From contig CAWDDT010000007.1 of the NCBI GenBank assembly GCA_963801165.1, positions 192,001-256,000 of the forward strand: a stretch of DNA of 64,000 nt. The letters are read 5' to 3'. The DNA comes from an uncultured bacterium (lineage in GTDB: Bacteria; Actinomycetota; Acidimicrobiia; Spongiisociales; UBA5794). Both the position numbers and the translations under genes were made by a program. Positions 1 to 10,933 of this stretch are shown in pieces; within the stretch, counting starts at the first letter, position 1; each line of letters starts with the position of its first letter. Below the pieces are notes generated by a model. It saw only the letters and a program-made list of their open reading frames with translations. It ran no database searches and was not told where the DNA came from.

Positions 1-579
1 GGCCGCGTCGGGCGGGTGTCCTCAGCGTTGCTCGGGTTGATTTTGCTCGTGTTGATTGGGATCAATGCACATGGAGTTTGGTTTCAGACGTATCGGTCAT
101 GGCAGGCTCGCGTTCCCCAGGAGTCGGTTGAGGTCTCCGCTTGGCTCGACGAGCGCTCATCTCCCGATGACGCCATTCTGCTCGATTGGATGTGGTGGCA
201 AGAATGGCGCGCCGCTGTATACGCCAGCGCACCGGGGGTACCCGGCCCGTACTGCCTCTACTACAGATGCCTAACCGATCCCGAGCCCGAACTCGTAGCC
301 GACCTGCCTCAACCTGATACCGACATAGCACGACAGCGGCTGATGCTGGCGGCATCGTTCCTCCGTGAGGAGAAGCCCGGCTATATAGTCATGTTCTCTG
401 ACGCGCGGTACGACGACTGGCTCGCCAAGGGACCTGGCCAGGACTATCTCTTCTCATTTGTTCGGCCGCTGTTGCTGGCTGATGGCGACTGTTTTCGTAC
501 CCTCGATGTACTTGGCAGAGAGCGCTATTGCCCTGTGCTCGAGAACGGCTCGTATGTGATTCTGGGTCTATCCGAGTGA
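1..579 (+). CDS. C-terminal part of a membrane protein (possibly GT-C-like glycosyltransferase), 5' end outside window
   Basis: Frame is open from base 1. A hydrophobic helix (LLGLILLVLIGI) is followed by a soluble domain, and the gene lies at the edge of a glycan locus. Confidence 0.55.
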   Translation, partial: GRVGRVSSALLGLILLVLIGINAHGVWFQTYRSWQARVPQESVEVSAWLDERSSPDDAILLDWMWWQEWRAAVYASAPGVPGPYCLYYRCLTDPEPELVADLPQPDTDIARQRLMLAASFLREEKPGYIVMFSDARYDDWLAKGPGQDYLFSFVRPLLLADGDCFRTLDVLGRERYCPVLENGSYVILGLSE

Positions 580-697
580 ATCGCGATCGGCCGACGCGAG
601 CAGCACGTTTCTCCCTTCCCTTCAATTCCGCCTAAGTCGAACGAGCTGATTCAGGCTAGGTGCGAGCAAATGGCGAAGATGGTGAGACCAGGTGGCT

Positions 698-1486
698 CTA
701 CCCCGGTTGACAGGTTTCGCACCACCAGATCTTCCGGTCGGCCATCTCGGTACTGGAGATGGGACCGCCGCACTTCCGGCAGGGGTACCGGTCCCTCTGG
801 TACACGTAGAGACCGTCCGTCTCGTCTCGTCCCCGCGGCCGCGGCACGGTGACGATCTTCCCCTCTCGCACACCACGTTCCAGCAAGGCCACGCTGGTGC
901 GCCACAGCTCATCAACCTTGGCACGCGAAACCTCGTTGGCGGGTGTCCTCGGGTTGATGGCCGTTAGGAAGAGAGCTTCGGCCCGATAGATGTTGCCGAT
1001 ACCGGCCATCACGCTCTGGTCGATGACCGCGGCTCCGATGGGAATGGTTCGGCGGGATAGGTTGGCCGCTAGTTCGTCCGCATTGTTGCCAGGCGAGCCT
1101 GCTTTGAGCGGGTCGGGTCCGAGCCGGCTTCTGATCTCCGCCTCCCTCGAAGGATCGATCAGCTCGCACGTGGTCGGCCCCGCGAGGTAGATCGTCGCCC
1201 CTCCGGCAGCCAGGGTGAGCCGGGTGTTTGGTGTCGGCGGCGGCGGGTCACCGGTGAAGGCGCGGAACTTGCCGTACAGCCCGAGGTGCACGTGCAGAGA
1301 CTCCGCTCGCTCCCAGCGGTAGAAGAGGTGCTTGCCGTGGACCTCGACGTCGAGCAGCTTGCGGCCGTTGATCCGGGCCGCTCCCTTGCTGAAGCGCCCC
1401 TGCGGAGACGTCGCGGCAACCGTACGGCCGGCGAGCATATCGCGATGATGCGCGGCATATCTCGATATGGCGTGACCTTCAGGCAT
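698..1486 (-). CDS. nei: Fpg/Nei-family DNA glycosylase (endonuclease VIII-like)
   Basis: N-terminal MPEGH catalytic motif, HGKHLF, H2TH segment AGIGNIYRAEALF, C-terminal zinc finger CRKCG...CETCQ. Confidence 0.92.
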   Translation of the reverse strand: MPEGHAISRYAAHHRDMLAGRTVAATSPQGRFSKGAARINGRKLLDVEVHGKHLFYRWERAESLHVHLGLYGKFRAFTGDPPPPTPNTRLTLAAGGATIYLAGPTTCELIDPSREAEIRSRLGPDPLKAGSPGNNADELAANLSRRTIPIGAAVIDQSVMAGIGNIYRAEALFLTAINPRTPANEVSRAKVDELWRTSVALLERGVREGKIVTVPRPRGRDETDGLYVYQRDRYPCRKCGGPISSTEMADRKIWWCETCQPG

Positions 1487-1509
1487 GGCCGGGATAGTGT
1501 CCCACGGAT

Positions 1510-4269
1510 CTAGCCGAACAGATCCTCGTACGGCACGCGATCGAAGAGTTCCAGCTTGCCGCCCGGCGTTGCGTTGACGATTCGCCTCCCATCGGCCTCA
1601 TACATCAGCTTGGCAAGCTGGTAGTTCGCAAGGACCCGGTCGAGCTTCGGGTCCTTCCAGACCTTGCCTTTGCCAAAATAGTCGGGGTGGAAATGATTCG
1701 GGTCGTCGCCCATCGATGTAATGAGCGCTCCTTCCACTTTCGCATCGGATGGCACGGTGTAGGAGAAATCCATTCCAATGAGGACAACCTCGGAGAAACC
1801 CATGTAGTAGGCGACCTGGAGATTGATGATCGTTACTGATTGCCCGCTGTACATTCTCTGAGTCGGGTCTGTGGAGAACCGTGGGATGCAGTACGCAGGA
1901 GACGACGGTGCATAGAAACCGCGGTTCATCATGAAATACGTCACGTTGGGTGCTTCCCCGATCTGGTTTCGATAAATCGAGGGAAAGAACTTGTGGCCGG
2001 CCTTGTAGTTCCTTATAGCCTCGACGTTATCGGCCATGACCGCGGTGTCTTCGACGAGGTAGTAGGACAGATCGAACCCCATGCGCTCAGCGGCATAGAA
2101 GATGCCGTTCACCCCGATGGTGTACTCATCCTTCAGCTTGCGGAGATCGACCTCGTTGAGTGACGGCCCGTTGCCGATGATGACGCATCGCTCGCCCTTG
2201 TGCATGTTCTTGAAGCGAGCGATGGCGTCAGGATCAAAAAACGTGTCGGGGTACTCTTCGATTACCCAGCTTTCGTCAGGAGTTGGGTCGGTCAGCCCGG
2301 TCCACGGCCCGAACCTGCCTGTGGCGTCGCCAAGAGAGACTGTGGGATACGTCGGGCCGATGCTGCTGAGCCGTGCGGCCAGCCCCGAAGCGTCTACGGT
2401 GGTGATCTGTCTGCCATAGTCGGGCCGGTCATCGAGCGTCATCACCTCATCACCTGGCAGTCGTAGGTCAACGACCAGCCCGCCCGTCGGTTCGAGCACG
2501 GTCAGTATCTCCTCGATTGCCGCGTCGCGCGGGAAAGACACGACCGTCTGTACGTGTCTGAGACCGTTGAGTATCCACTCGTTGAGTGAGTACTGCGGGT
2601 AGGACGTTCCCGCGACTACGTCGGCTACTCCGGCGGCTCCGGCAACTCGCTCGATGTTGAGGAATGCGACGGAGTGGTCCTCCGGCACCGTTTGGGTGGC
2701 CCGGACCATGGCGTCGGCCTGTGCGGCATTTTGGGGAATGAACAGCGTGTCGAACCCCGGCGCCATGTCCTTGTCGTTTTGAGGACCGCCACGGTCGGGC
2801 TGGGACGCGATCAGTGACCGTACCCATTCACCGAGCGGCTCCAGATCGGGCGCCAGCTCGTCCGCTTCCCGAGGACCGAGGCCGAACGCTCTCCTGAATC
2901 CGGCCTGGATGACCGCATCGAAGCTGAAATGACGCTCCATCCACGGCTCAACGACCGTAGCGGGGTCGGAGAGGATGGCTTTGGCGGCCGCGGTATCGCC
3001 TCTCGCCACAGACGTCGCTGCGTATTGAATCGCCCTGCGAGCTAGAACGAGCTGTTTCTGGTAGTCCGGAAGCGCGAGCGGAAACGCGTGCACGCCAGCG
3101 GTATCCGACAGGGAGCGGTCGCTGGGCTCGTACGCTCTGGCGATCAGTTGCTGTGCCTCACCGACGTGACTCTCCGCACCCGCTTTGGCCATCGAGTGGC
3201 GCTTCTGCCGGTAGACAGCGGTTATCCATCTTGACGGTATGAAGCCGTATCCCTTTCGCATGATGCGGAGCCACAAGTCCCAATCTTCGGCGCCATCGCG
3301 CATCGATTCGTCGAATCCACCGGCCGAACGAACCACGCTTGTCAAGAGGAGGGGCGCGTGGGCATTGAACGGGCATTCCGCGTTGGACGAGACGAAATCA
3401 ACAAACCTTTGGTTCGGCCAATCCTCGTGATCTTGCAGGGAGTCGAGCGCAACGTCCTCCGGCGTCTGCCGAACGCCGCAGAACGCCCCCGCAATGTCTA
3501 TGTCGGCACCGGCGATGGTCTCGAGGCGGTCGATGAGGCTGTCAGCCATGAGTATGTCGTCGGAGTCGAGGAACGTGATGTATCTCCCGCGACCGAGCCT
3601 GAGGCCGGTGTTGCGTGCTGCGCTGAGACCGCCATTCACCTTGTGTCGCACCAGCCGGAACCGGCCATCGATCTTCGTGTAGCGGCGGGCAGCGACCACG
3701 CTGTTGTCGGTAGAGGCATCGTCGACGACGATGCATTCCCAGTCGTCGAACGTCTGACGTCGAAGAGACTCCAGCGTTGCTCCAACAAAGCGAGCCTCGT
3801 TGTAGAGCGGTACGACGACTGTGACGGCGGGTGCCACCCCGCTGATCTCGCCTGTAGTCTCCGCAGGCTGAACAGTCGGCGTGGGAGTCACTCCCGTCGC
3901 TATCGTCCCGCGTACCTGGAGAATCGCGGCCCTGGCCTGGCTCAACCGCTCGACGTGGAGGGCGCTGTCACTCAGTCCGATCAAAGGGCCGGACGAGCCA
4001 GCTCTGATCATCCGCTGACCCTGTTTTGCGAGCTTCTTGTGGTTGCGTTGGAGTCTGCTGATTAGCGTGTGATGATCGGTTTGGCGCAGGCTGATCAGAG
4101 TCACGAGCGTGGAGAGCAGGCCGACTCCAGCGACCCCGGCGACCTGAGAGACAGTCCCCGAGCTGAGGATCGAGACGATGGCTGTCGCTACTCCTAAGGC
4201 TATTAGCAACCCGCGTAGCGAGAGCAGGTGAAGGGCCGTGGAACGGAGACGGCTGAATATGTATGACAT
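1510..4269 (-). CDS. Membrane-anchored multidomain glycosyltransferase: GT2 domain plus C-terminal DUF115/Maf (CstII-like) domain
   Basis: Probable start at MSYIFSRL (4269), not the ORF-track 4695. Two N-terminal TM helices; GT2 motifs VVVPLYN, DDASTD, FLDSDD, EDWDLWLR; C-terminal IIGNGPSL...LQVAYYMGFSEVVLIGMDFSY. Confidence 0.85.
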   Translation of the reverse strand: MSYIFSRLRSTALHLLSLRGLLIALGVATAIVSILSSGTVSQVAGVAGVGLLSTLVTLISLRQTDHHTLISRLQRNHKKLAKQGQRMIRAGSSGPLIGLSDSALHVERLSQARAAILQVRGTIATGVTPTPTVQPAETTGEISGVAPAVTVVVPLYNEARFVGATLESLRRQTFDDWECIVVDDASTDNSVVAARRYTKIDGRFRLVRHKVNGGLSAARNTGLRLGRGRYITFLDSDDILMADSLIDRLETIAGADIDIAGAFCGVRQTPEDVALDSLQDHEDWPNQRFVDFVSSNAECPFNAHAPLLLTSVVRSAGGFDESMRDGAEDWDLWLRIMRKGYGFIPSRWITAVYRQKRHSMAKAGAESHVGEAQQLIARAYEPSDRSLSDTAGVHAFPLALPDYQKQLVLARRAIQYAATSVARGDTAAAKAILSDPATVVEPWMERHFSFDAVIQAGFRRAFGLGPREADELAPDLEPLGEWVRSLIASQPDRGGPQNDKDMAPGFDTLFIPQNAAQADAMVRATQTVPEDHSVAFLNIERVAGAAGVADVVAGTSYPQYSLNEWILNGLRHVQTVVSFPRDAAIEEILTVLEPTGGLVVDLRLPGDEVMTLDDRPDYGRQITTVDASGLAARLSSIGPTYPTVSLGDATGRFGPWTGLTDPTPDESWVIEEYPDTFFDPDAIARFKNMHKGERCVIIGNGPSLNEVDLRKLKDEYTIGVNGIFYAAERMGFDLSYYLVEDTAVMADNVEAIRNYKAGHKFFPSIYRNQIGEAPNVTYFMMNRGFYAPSSPAYCIPRFSTDPTQRMYSGQSVTIINLQVAYYMGFSEVVLIGMDFSYTVPSDAKVEGALITSMGDDPNHFHPDYFGKGKVWKDPKLDRVLANYQLAKLMYEADGRRIVNATPGGKLELFDRVPYEDLFG

Positions 4270-4313
4270 TGCGGATGAGTCTCGCGGCTCGCTTGGCGTC
4301 GGTCGAGTCGAGA

Positions 4314-6064
4314 CTAGTAGCGGGTAAGGGTCTTGACCATTGACCGGATTCCAAGCCGTCGCCGCTGGTTGATGCCCGGTGTCTGGGCGTACAAGTCGGC
4401 AACGCTTATGGGTGTTTCCGGCAGGACATCGAGTGTGTAGACCGCCGGTTCGTCGCGTAGCGCCAGGAATCGCTGTGCCGGCCCCGACGCTGCGGACACG
4501 GTTCGCGGCAAGGCGGCAAGATATCCGGAGGTTGTCTGGCGCCGGAACCAGGCGACGCTCGTTTCGAGACGACGGAGGAATCCCCAATCCTCGACACTCA
4601 CTGCCAGAAACCGTAGCTCGCAGGCAAGCGGGTCGGGATTGCCTGCATCGTCGCGCGCGCCGCAACATTACCGAGTTCCCCCCGTAGCGCGACACGAAAC
4701 GCGCCCGGGGAATCGATCACCAGCTTGTCGAGGACGAACCGCGCCCCCGTCGGGTGCCAGGCGCCCGCGATCTCGACGTCGAGAGGGAGGAAATGCGGAA
4801 GGCCGGCGCGAGGGCTTCCGTTCCAGAACTGGTGGCTGAACCGGGTGCGCTTGTGGAGACTGGTGGGGGTCGGATCGGGTTCCTCGAGGTCGGAACCGAG
4901 GCTGGGAACCTGCGGTCGCGTCAAGAGACCCTCGACGAATCCTGCGAGATAGGCAGTCGCCGAGCCGAGTGCCTTGCCCGCCATCGAACCGAATCCGTCG
5001 CCGTAGATATCGCTGAGCGCCATCGATTGAAGTGGTGCAAGGAAACCCACCTCGGCGAGAACCCTCAACCGGTCAGGTGGTTCGATATGCTTTCTCGCAA
5101 GTAGGGCCCGGGCACGACCTTGGGATTGCAGCAGAACAGCCACTGAGCGGCTACCCCGTCTCCCTTCTATGTCGTGCAGCAGAAGCTCCGACGGCACCAG
5201 GTAATTGTCAAAGCCGGCCGCACCCGCTCGGAGGGCGAAGTCGCTGTCTTCGTATCCAAATGGCGAGAACGCTTCATCGAGCCCTCCAACGGTTTGGACC
5301 AATGCCGCCGGGAAGGCACATGCCCCGCCCGGGGCCGTGTCGATAGGAAACGGAGCGCTTGACCCGTCGACAGCGGCCCGTCGGACAGATGGATCGAGAC
5401 GTAGCTCGGTAGTCTCGTCGATCTGGTGTTGTCGACCGCGACTATTCAGATAGAGGTCGTGGACTGTTCTCGCCATACCCTGGTAGCTGTCGATGTAGTG
5501 GCGTCTCCAGTCACGAATGCCTGCGTGGTAGATGAGGTCCGGTGGCAGGTCCGCCGGCCATGCTCCGCTGATTCTGCGACGAATCGCGTCGGTTGGATCG
5601 GCGTCGCGGAGTCTGCCCGCCTTGACGGTGTCGATCCATGCTGAGTCCCAGATGCGCTCGGCAACTGGCGCGAAGTCCAGAACAGTGGGAATGACGATGC
5701 CGATCTTCTGGCCGGTCGCGAGGCGCTCACGAAGCCATGACGTGACGCGAATCACGAAGTCTGCCGGCACGATCAGGTCGTCATCGAGCGACACGATGAA
5801 TTCGGCACCCCACGCCAACGCCGCGTCCAGGAGTTGGTTCCTGCCTCTTGCCACTCCTAAGTTCTCGCCGGGGGCGAGTAGGTGGGTGAATTGTCTCTCG
5901 CGCAGTTCGTGCTCTAGGTTCTCGTCCCGGAAATCGTTGAGGAGCAGGAATTGGTGGGTATTTGCGTTCAGTTGGCCTTCGACTGTCCCGAGACTGGACC
6001 ACACGGCAGGGAACTCGGCGCTGCGGACCATAGTGATGATGGCAGTGGTGGCGGATAGGTTCAT
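4314..6064 (-). CDS. GT2 glycosyltransferase with apparent frameshift near 4650-4662 (ORFs 4598..6064 and 4314..4601 are probably one gene)
   Basis: ENLGVARGRN, SLDDD, GGLDEAFSPFGYEDSDFALR. Removing one GC from a (GC)n run gives the continuous reading NVAARDDAGNPDPLACELRFLAVSVEDW. Confidence 0.75.
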
Positions 6065-6196
6065 CGTGTGGACACGCGATCTTGGAGCGGCATCTGAGAA
6101 TACCTCCTATCCGTGTCGGCGCGCTGGCTGTCGAAGGCAATTGCGAGTGGGTGCCCATTACACTCACGCATTCATCAAGGCAGGAATGTGGCGACA

Positions 6197-6904
6197 ATGA
6201 GGATCATCGGGCTGCTCGAGACCAGGAGTCGGCGGCGTGTGAGTCTGGCGCTTGCGGCTGTCGTGGCCGTGGCGGCCGTGGCACTGGCATGGGTGAGCGC
6301 GCCGGCACGAGCGATTTCGTCTCTGCTCGCTTTCGTCGTTGTTCTCCTTCTCGTCAAAGCGGCAACCGAGTTGGCCTCGGAGCTGCGAAACGCAATGGCC
6401 GAGGTGGAGAGTCAAGCGGCACAGCACGTCGCCCTCAATGGTCGTATAAATGCGATGGACCAGAAGACGCGGGACCAGCTCGGGTGGAATCGCTCGATGG
6501 ACGAACGGATCAATGCGGCCGAGTCGGCCGATGCCAGGCAGGGTGGTTTCAACGCCGCGATTCTGGATCGCGTGCGGAAGGTGGAGACGGCGTCCGGTAA
6601 CCAGGTCCGCACCAATGACCGGATAGTCGAGCGTGTTCGGAAGGTGGAGACGGCGTCCGGTAATCAGACGAGTATCAACGACCGGATCATCGAGCGCATC
6701 CGATCGGTGGAGAAAGCCCGGACCGAGAATGCGGGTCTCTCCAAATCGATGGTGGCAAGAATCGCGAAGCTGGAGGGGCAGGCGGAGGCTCTCGTCAACG
6801 AGTTGGAGGAGTTGAGGTTGTCGCGCAACCACAGAGTCCGCGAGCACCTGGAATTGAAGCTCGGTCCTGCGGTCGAGAGGTTGCGCGCTCAGCTCAAGGA
6901 GTAG
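6197..6904 (+). CDS. Membrane-anchored coiled-coil protein with 21-residue repeats
   Basis: Start MRIIGLL downstream of AGGA. Two TM helices are followed by a heptad-rich region containing RVRKVETASGNQ twice. Confidence 0.75.
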   Translation: MRIIGLLETRSRRRVSLALAAVVAVAAVALAWVSAPARAISSLLAFVVVLLLVKAATELASELRNAMAEVESQAAQHVALNGRINAMDQKTRDQLGWNRSMDERINAAESADARQGGFNAAILDRVRKVETASGNQVRTNDRIVERVRKVETASGNQTSINDRIIERIRSVEKARTENAGLSKSMVARIAKLEGQAEALVNELEELRLSRNHRVREHLELKLGPAVERLRAQLKE

Positions 6905-6912
6905 ACGCTCTG

Positions 6913-7639
6913 TCAGCTCTTGTTGGGCACGAACGACCCGGGTTCGGGTGGTGCCATCGAATCAAAGGGCGTCTTCTGCCAGATCGCCATCCCCGGCGTA
7001 TACCAGGAGCAGAAGGGGAGGTTTACGAGATTGCCTCCATGATGTGCCAGGATCGTGCGGAGGGCTCCATTCACACGAGATCTTCGTCGTCCTCGCTGAT
7101 CAGGCCGGTGTTGTCGAAGACGATGAGGCCGTCTGGCGCCATGGCGGGTACCACGATCTCGAACTCGGCTACCACGTGATCATGGAAATGGTTGCCGTCG
7201 AGGAACGCCAGCCGGATTGGCTCACCGGACGCAACAATCTCGCGCAGGACTTCATGTGAATCGCCCAGGTGTGGAACGACATGTGCTAGACGCCAGCCAG
7301 GTCGAACCGATCCGCGGCCGTTGCGTAAACCTCGGGGTCTATCTCGATAGTGTGCACGACGGCATCCCGCCCCGAATCGGCAATGGCCTGGGCGATGATG
7401 ATCGCGGTGGACCCGAGGTTGGTACCGGTCTCGACTATGAGATTGTGTCTGCTCGGGTCGAGGCTGGACAGGACGAGGTGATAGATCGTTCCCCAGCCCG
7501 GGTGTCCCAGGCTGCGACCAGACCTCGATACCCAAGTGGCAGCATCTGACGATGACTCCTCGAGGAACGCTAGGAATCGATTCGGGATCAACGATTTGTC
7601 GTAGTTGGTGATCCGGTAGTCATAGATCGGGCTTTTCAT
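6913..7639 (-). pseudogene. Class I SAM-dependent methyltransferase (Methyltransf_24-like) with two frameshifts (~7289, ~7078); may be an intact gene with sequence errors
   Basis: VETGTNLGST (motif I) in frame 1, AFLDGNH...IVFDN in frame 2, and RVNGALRTILAHHGGNLVNLPFCSWYTPGMAIWQK to the stop at 6913 in frame 3. Confidence 0.75.
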
Positions 7640-7669
7640 TCAAGGTCATCCAGTCGTAGGTGGCCCCGA

Positions 7670-9428
7670 GTGATTCGGAATCGCACGCGACGGCGTGCTG
7701 GCATCATAATCCTTGATGGGGTGCGCGGCGCCACCCTTCGTTTGATGGCGGTGACGGTTCTGAGACCTAGCATCTGGCAGTCCGACGACAACAGGAGCCT
7801 CCCTTTGAATGCCGACAAGCACAGCCCACTTCTCCGCTGGGCGGTCCGATGGACGGCTGTTCTCGGTGGACTGGTCGCGACTCCGCTGCTTGCTTTCCCG
7901 TTTGGAGCCGACGAGCGATTTGCGTTCTACACAGACACGGCACATATCGGCGCGAATCCGATCCGAATCGTCTACTCGGCGATCAAGGAGATACCGTTCT
8001 ACATCGGCCGGGGCAACTTCCGACCGCTCGGGAGAATGCTCGATTACGCAGAGCATTCATTCTCTTTCGAGTTCGCGTCGATCACTGGTGCACCCCTCCC
8101 AGTAATCCATGGTCTATTCCGAGTGGGCATAATCGTGGTCGCCGGACTGGCCGGCCTGGTATCGCTGTACTTGTTGTCAAGGTCTGCTGAGGCGGGCGGC
8201 AGGGAACGATTGCACAGTGTGTTGCTGGCCGCGGTCTGGGTCTACCCAATCCTGTTTGCAGCCTCGGTGGTTGCGGCAGGGGCGGGGAGTCCGTTCACGC
8301 TCTTCCCCTTTCTCTATGTAGGTTCATCGGCTCTCGCGATGTGGGCGGCGATCGTCGTCGCCGAGACGCGAACCTAGTTGCCGGACCACTGACCCGTCCG
8401 GCCGTCGCTGGGTACGTGGCGCTGGGAGCAGCGTTAGCGAGCACGTTCGATCTTGTCTACCTAAGCACTCTGCTGATAGCCGCCCTTGCGTTTGTACGTG
8501 TGAAATTGGCCCGGATACGGTGGAAGGATGTGGTCTCACTTCGTCTGACAAGAGCGGTGTTAGGCACCGCGGTCGGGTTTGTCGTTGTCTTCGTGCCGAC
8601 TCGGCTTCTTATCCAAAATGCCTGTAATGGAGGTGCTTGTTACGCGGCGTCCGATCTGAGCTTCAGCGCCTCCGCTTTCATATTCTGGGAGATCGAATAC
8701 TCTCAGGTTTCCCAGGCAGTGGCTGGGCCGTTGTCGATCGGTGGAGCGGTACCGCAGATCCGGGATGGAGTGCCTTCCTCAAGAACGCCGGGGCAACTGT
8801 GATCATGCTGGTAGCGATCGGCTATGTCGTTTCCACGCTACGATTCCACCGCGCAGGCAAAGCTCGTGTCATCTCGGGGTCCTCGCCGAGTGCTGGAGTC
8901 TCTGACCGACTGCTGTGGTCTATACCGCTTGCATTCACTTGGCCCGTCGCAGCTGTCTTCGTCGGGTCGCTGATCGCCCGCGCTCAGCGCTCAAATGCAG
9001 GCTGGTCGCCTCGCTATCGGTGCGGGTTGGCGGGATTCCGTGTTTGGCGCTCTGGGGTGGGCGATTGGTCTCAGTGTGTTCGTGGGCGCTTTGGTTGCTC
9101 GGCTGGGTCGGCGACCAAGAAGAGAGCCATTCGTCCTGATTGCCTGTCTAATTCTGCTTCTGCCCGCGTTCGGGAAGACCTTCTTCGTGAACGCAACCTA
9201 GCCTCCGCCACGAGTCGGAATCCGGAGGCGATCATCAACAACCGCCTGGCGACTGAAGTCATCGATTTCGATCTGTCGGAACTGGGCAACGAGAGGCGTT
9301 GTGGGCTTCTTGCCGACTTCTCAGCGGTCTATCGTGATCGCGCCCTCGAGCGTGACAAGCAGCTTGCGAACGCGCTCAATCAAGTCAGCCAACAACGCTA
9401 CGGACACGCATTCTGCGATCGCGGCTAG
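7670..9428 (+). pseudogene. Polytopic membrane protein (GT-C/glycan-decoration-like) broken by about four 1-bp frameshifts
   Basis: ORF pieces 7670..8377, 8341..8802, 8637..9428 and 8995..9201 join into one hydrophobic protein, with shifts near 8362, 8677, 8979 and 9196. Confidence 0.65.
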
Positions 9429-9465
9429 GTCGATCGAGCAAATGGGACGAGGTGACCGCCGGCCC

Positions 9466-10188
9466 TCAAGGCCATCTGGTACTACGGACCCAGATTCTGA
9501 GGGTGTCCCAACCAATCCTAATCAATGCCATGATCGAAACGTGCCCCGCCGCGCCGTGTGCCAGGGTCACGGGCGACGTCGACATCGACCCTCCGGCCTT
9601 GTGGATACGGACTAGCAATTCGAGGTCGAAGGCGTAGCCGACTGTCTCCATCGCTTGAAGCGCAGGTTCGAGTGTCTGTCGTCTGAATGCCTTCAGGCCA
9701 GTTTGGGTTTCTCTGATGGGGAGGCGAAACAAGAGACGGTTCACGGCGGCGAACACAATGCTCAACAATCGCCGCAACGCGGGATACCGTCCCCTCTCCA
9801 TGGCAGAGAGCTTGGCCCCAACGAGGACGTCAGCGTTGGATGCTGCGAACGTGTTGAGGAACAAGGGGAGCTGCTCTGGTGGAAGATCCAGGTCGGCGTC
9901 GAGAAATACAATCGTGTCGCCGGTTGTGTGAGCGAAGCCTTCCTTGAGAGCTGCTCCTTTCCCCCGGTTCACGTCATAGCCGACGACTAGGACCGTGTCC
10001 CAATCGGCGGCAGCCTTCTCGGCCTGGGTCCGGGTGTCATCGGTGCTGCCATCGTCGATAACAACAACTTGAGACCCGTTCCACGTATCCACGATCACGG
10101 CAACGCGATCGACATTGGGGCCGATGGCGCTTCCGAGGTTATATGCAGGCATCAGCACGGAGACGCCCGCGATTCCAGATCCGGACAT
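9466..10188 (-). CDS. GT2 polyprenol-phosphate glycosyltransferase (DPM1/GtrB-like)
   Basis: VSVLMPAYN, DDGSTD, NRGKGAAL, FLDADLD, ETQTGLKAF, YAFDLELL. Confidence 0.88.
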   Translation of the reverse strand: MSGSGIAGVSVLMPAYNLGSAIGPNVDRVAVIVDTWNGSQVVVIDDGSTDDTRTQAEKAAADWDTVLVVGYDVNRGKGAALKEGFAHTTGDTIVFLDADLDLPPEQLPLFLNTFAASNADVLVGAKLSAMERGRYPALRRLLSIVFAAVNRLLFRLPIRETQTGLKAFRRQTLEPALQAMETVGYAFDLELLVRIHKAGGSMSTSPVTLAHGAAGHVSIMALIRIGWDTLRIWVRSTRWP

Positions 10189-10258
10189 GGGGTTGAGAAT
10201 AGACGGGTCCCCGGGGTTGCACGCTGTTGTGGGTCGCAGGTCCGGTACGTCGATGAGG

Positions 10259-10933
10259 CTAAGACCCTAGCCGCATCATGCCTTTGTGGAGCGCTTCGGC
10301 CATGCGGAAGTCCTTCTCCTCGTCGATGTCGACCGCCTCGTACGGGTCCATCTCCCACATCATTGCCTTCGAGGTGATGCGGGCATCCTCCTGGAAGAAG
10401 GCGTTGCGCTCGAACAAGTACAGGTTCGAGTTCTCCAGGTAGATCGGGTCGAGGTCCTGGGTGGGCAGCAGCTCGTCGGGGTTGTGGTTGATCGCCTTGC
10501 CGTTCTTGTCGTACAGCCTGGCCTGGATCCGCGTCACCGCAAACAGGCTGGTGGCCTCCTCGTTGTCGAAGTAGGCGGCAACTGCGGCGTCGATGGTCGC
10601 AGCCGACAGCAGCGGGTTGGTGCAGTGCGTTTGGCCGAGATGCTCGATGCCGGGGTTGTCGACGAGGAAGTCCTTGATCAGCCAGTTCACCGAGACGTCA
10701 TGGCCGAGGAGCTCTTCCTTGCGGCGAATCACCGTGACATGGTCGAAGACGGACGCCGACTCGGCGATCACGTCGCTGTCGGTGTCGACGTACACCCCGT
10801 CGACCAGCTCGGCTTCAGCGAGGGTCGCCAGGATCGTGTGAAACAGCGGGCGGCCCGCGAAAGGCCGCATGTTCTTGCCCGGTACCCGCTGGGAGGCGCC
10901 CTTCAACGGGATGAAAATGTCGATCTTCCTCAC
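10259..10933 (-). CDS. Acylneuraminate cytidylyltransferase family (CMP-ulosonate synthetase)
   Basis: IPLKGASQRVPGKN, VDTDS, THCTNPLL, ENSNLYLF, AVDIDEEKDF. Confidence 0.9.
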   Translation of the reverse strand: MRKIDIFIPLKGASQRVPGKNMRPFAGRPLFHTILATLAEAELVDGVYVDTDSDVIAESASVFDHVTVIRRKEELLGHDVSVNWLIKDFLVDNPGIEHLGQTHCTNPLLSAATIDAAVAAYFDNEEATSLFAVTRIQARLYDKNGKAINHNPDELLPTQDLDPIYLENSNLYLFERNAFFQEDARITSKAMMWEMDPYEAVDIDEEKDFRMAEALHKGMMRLGS

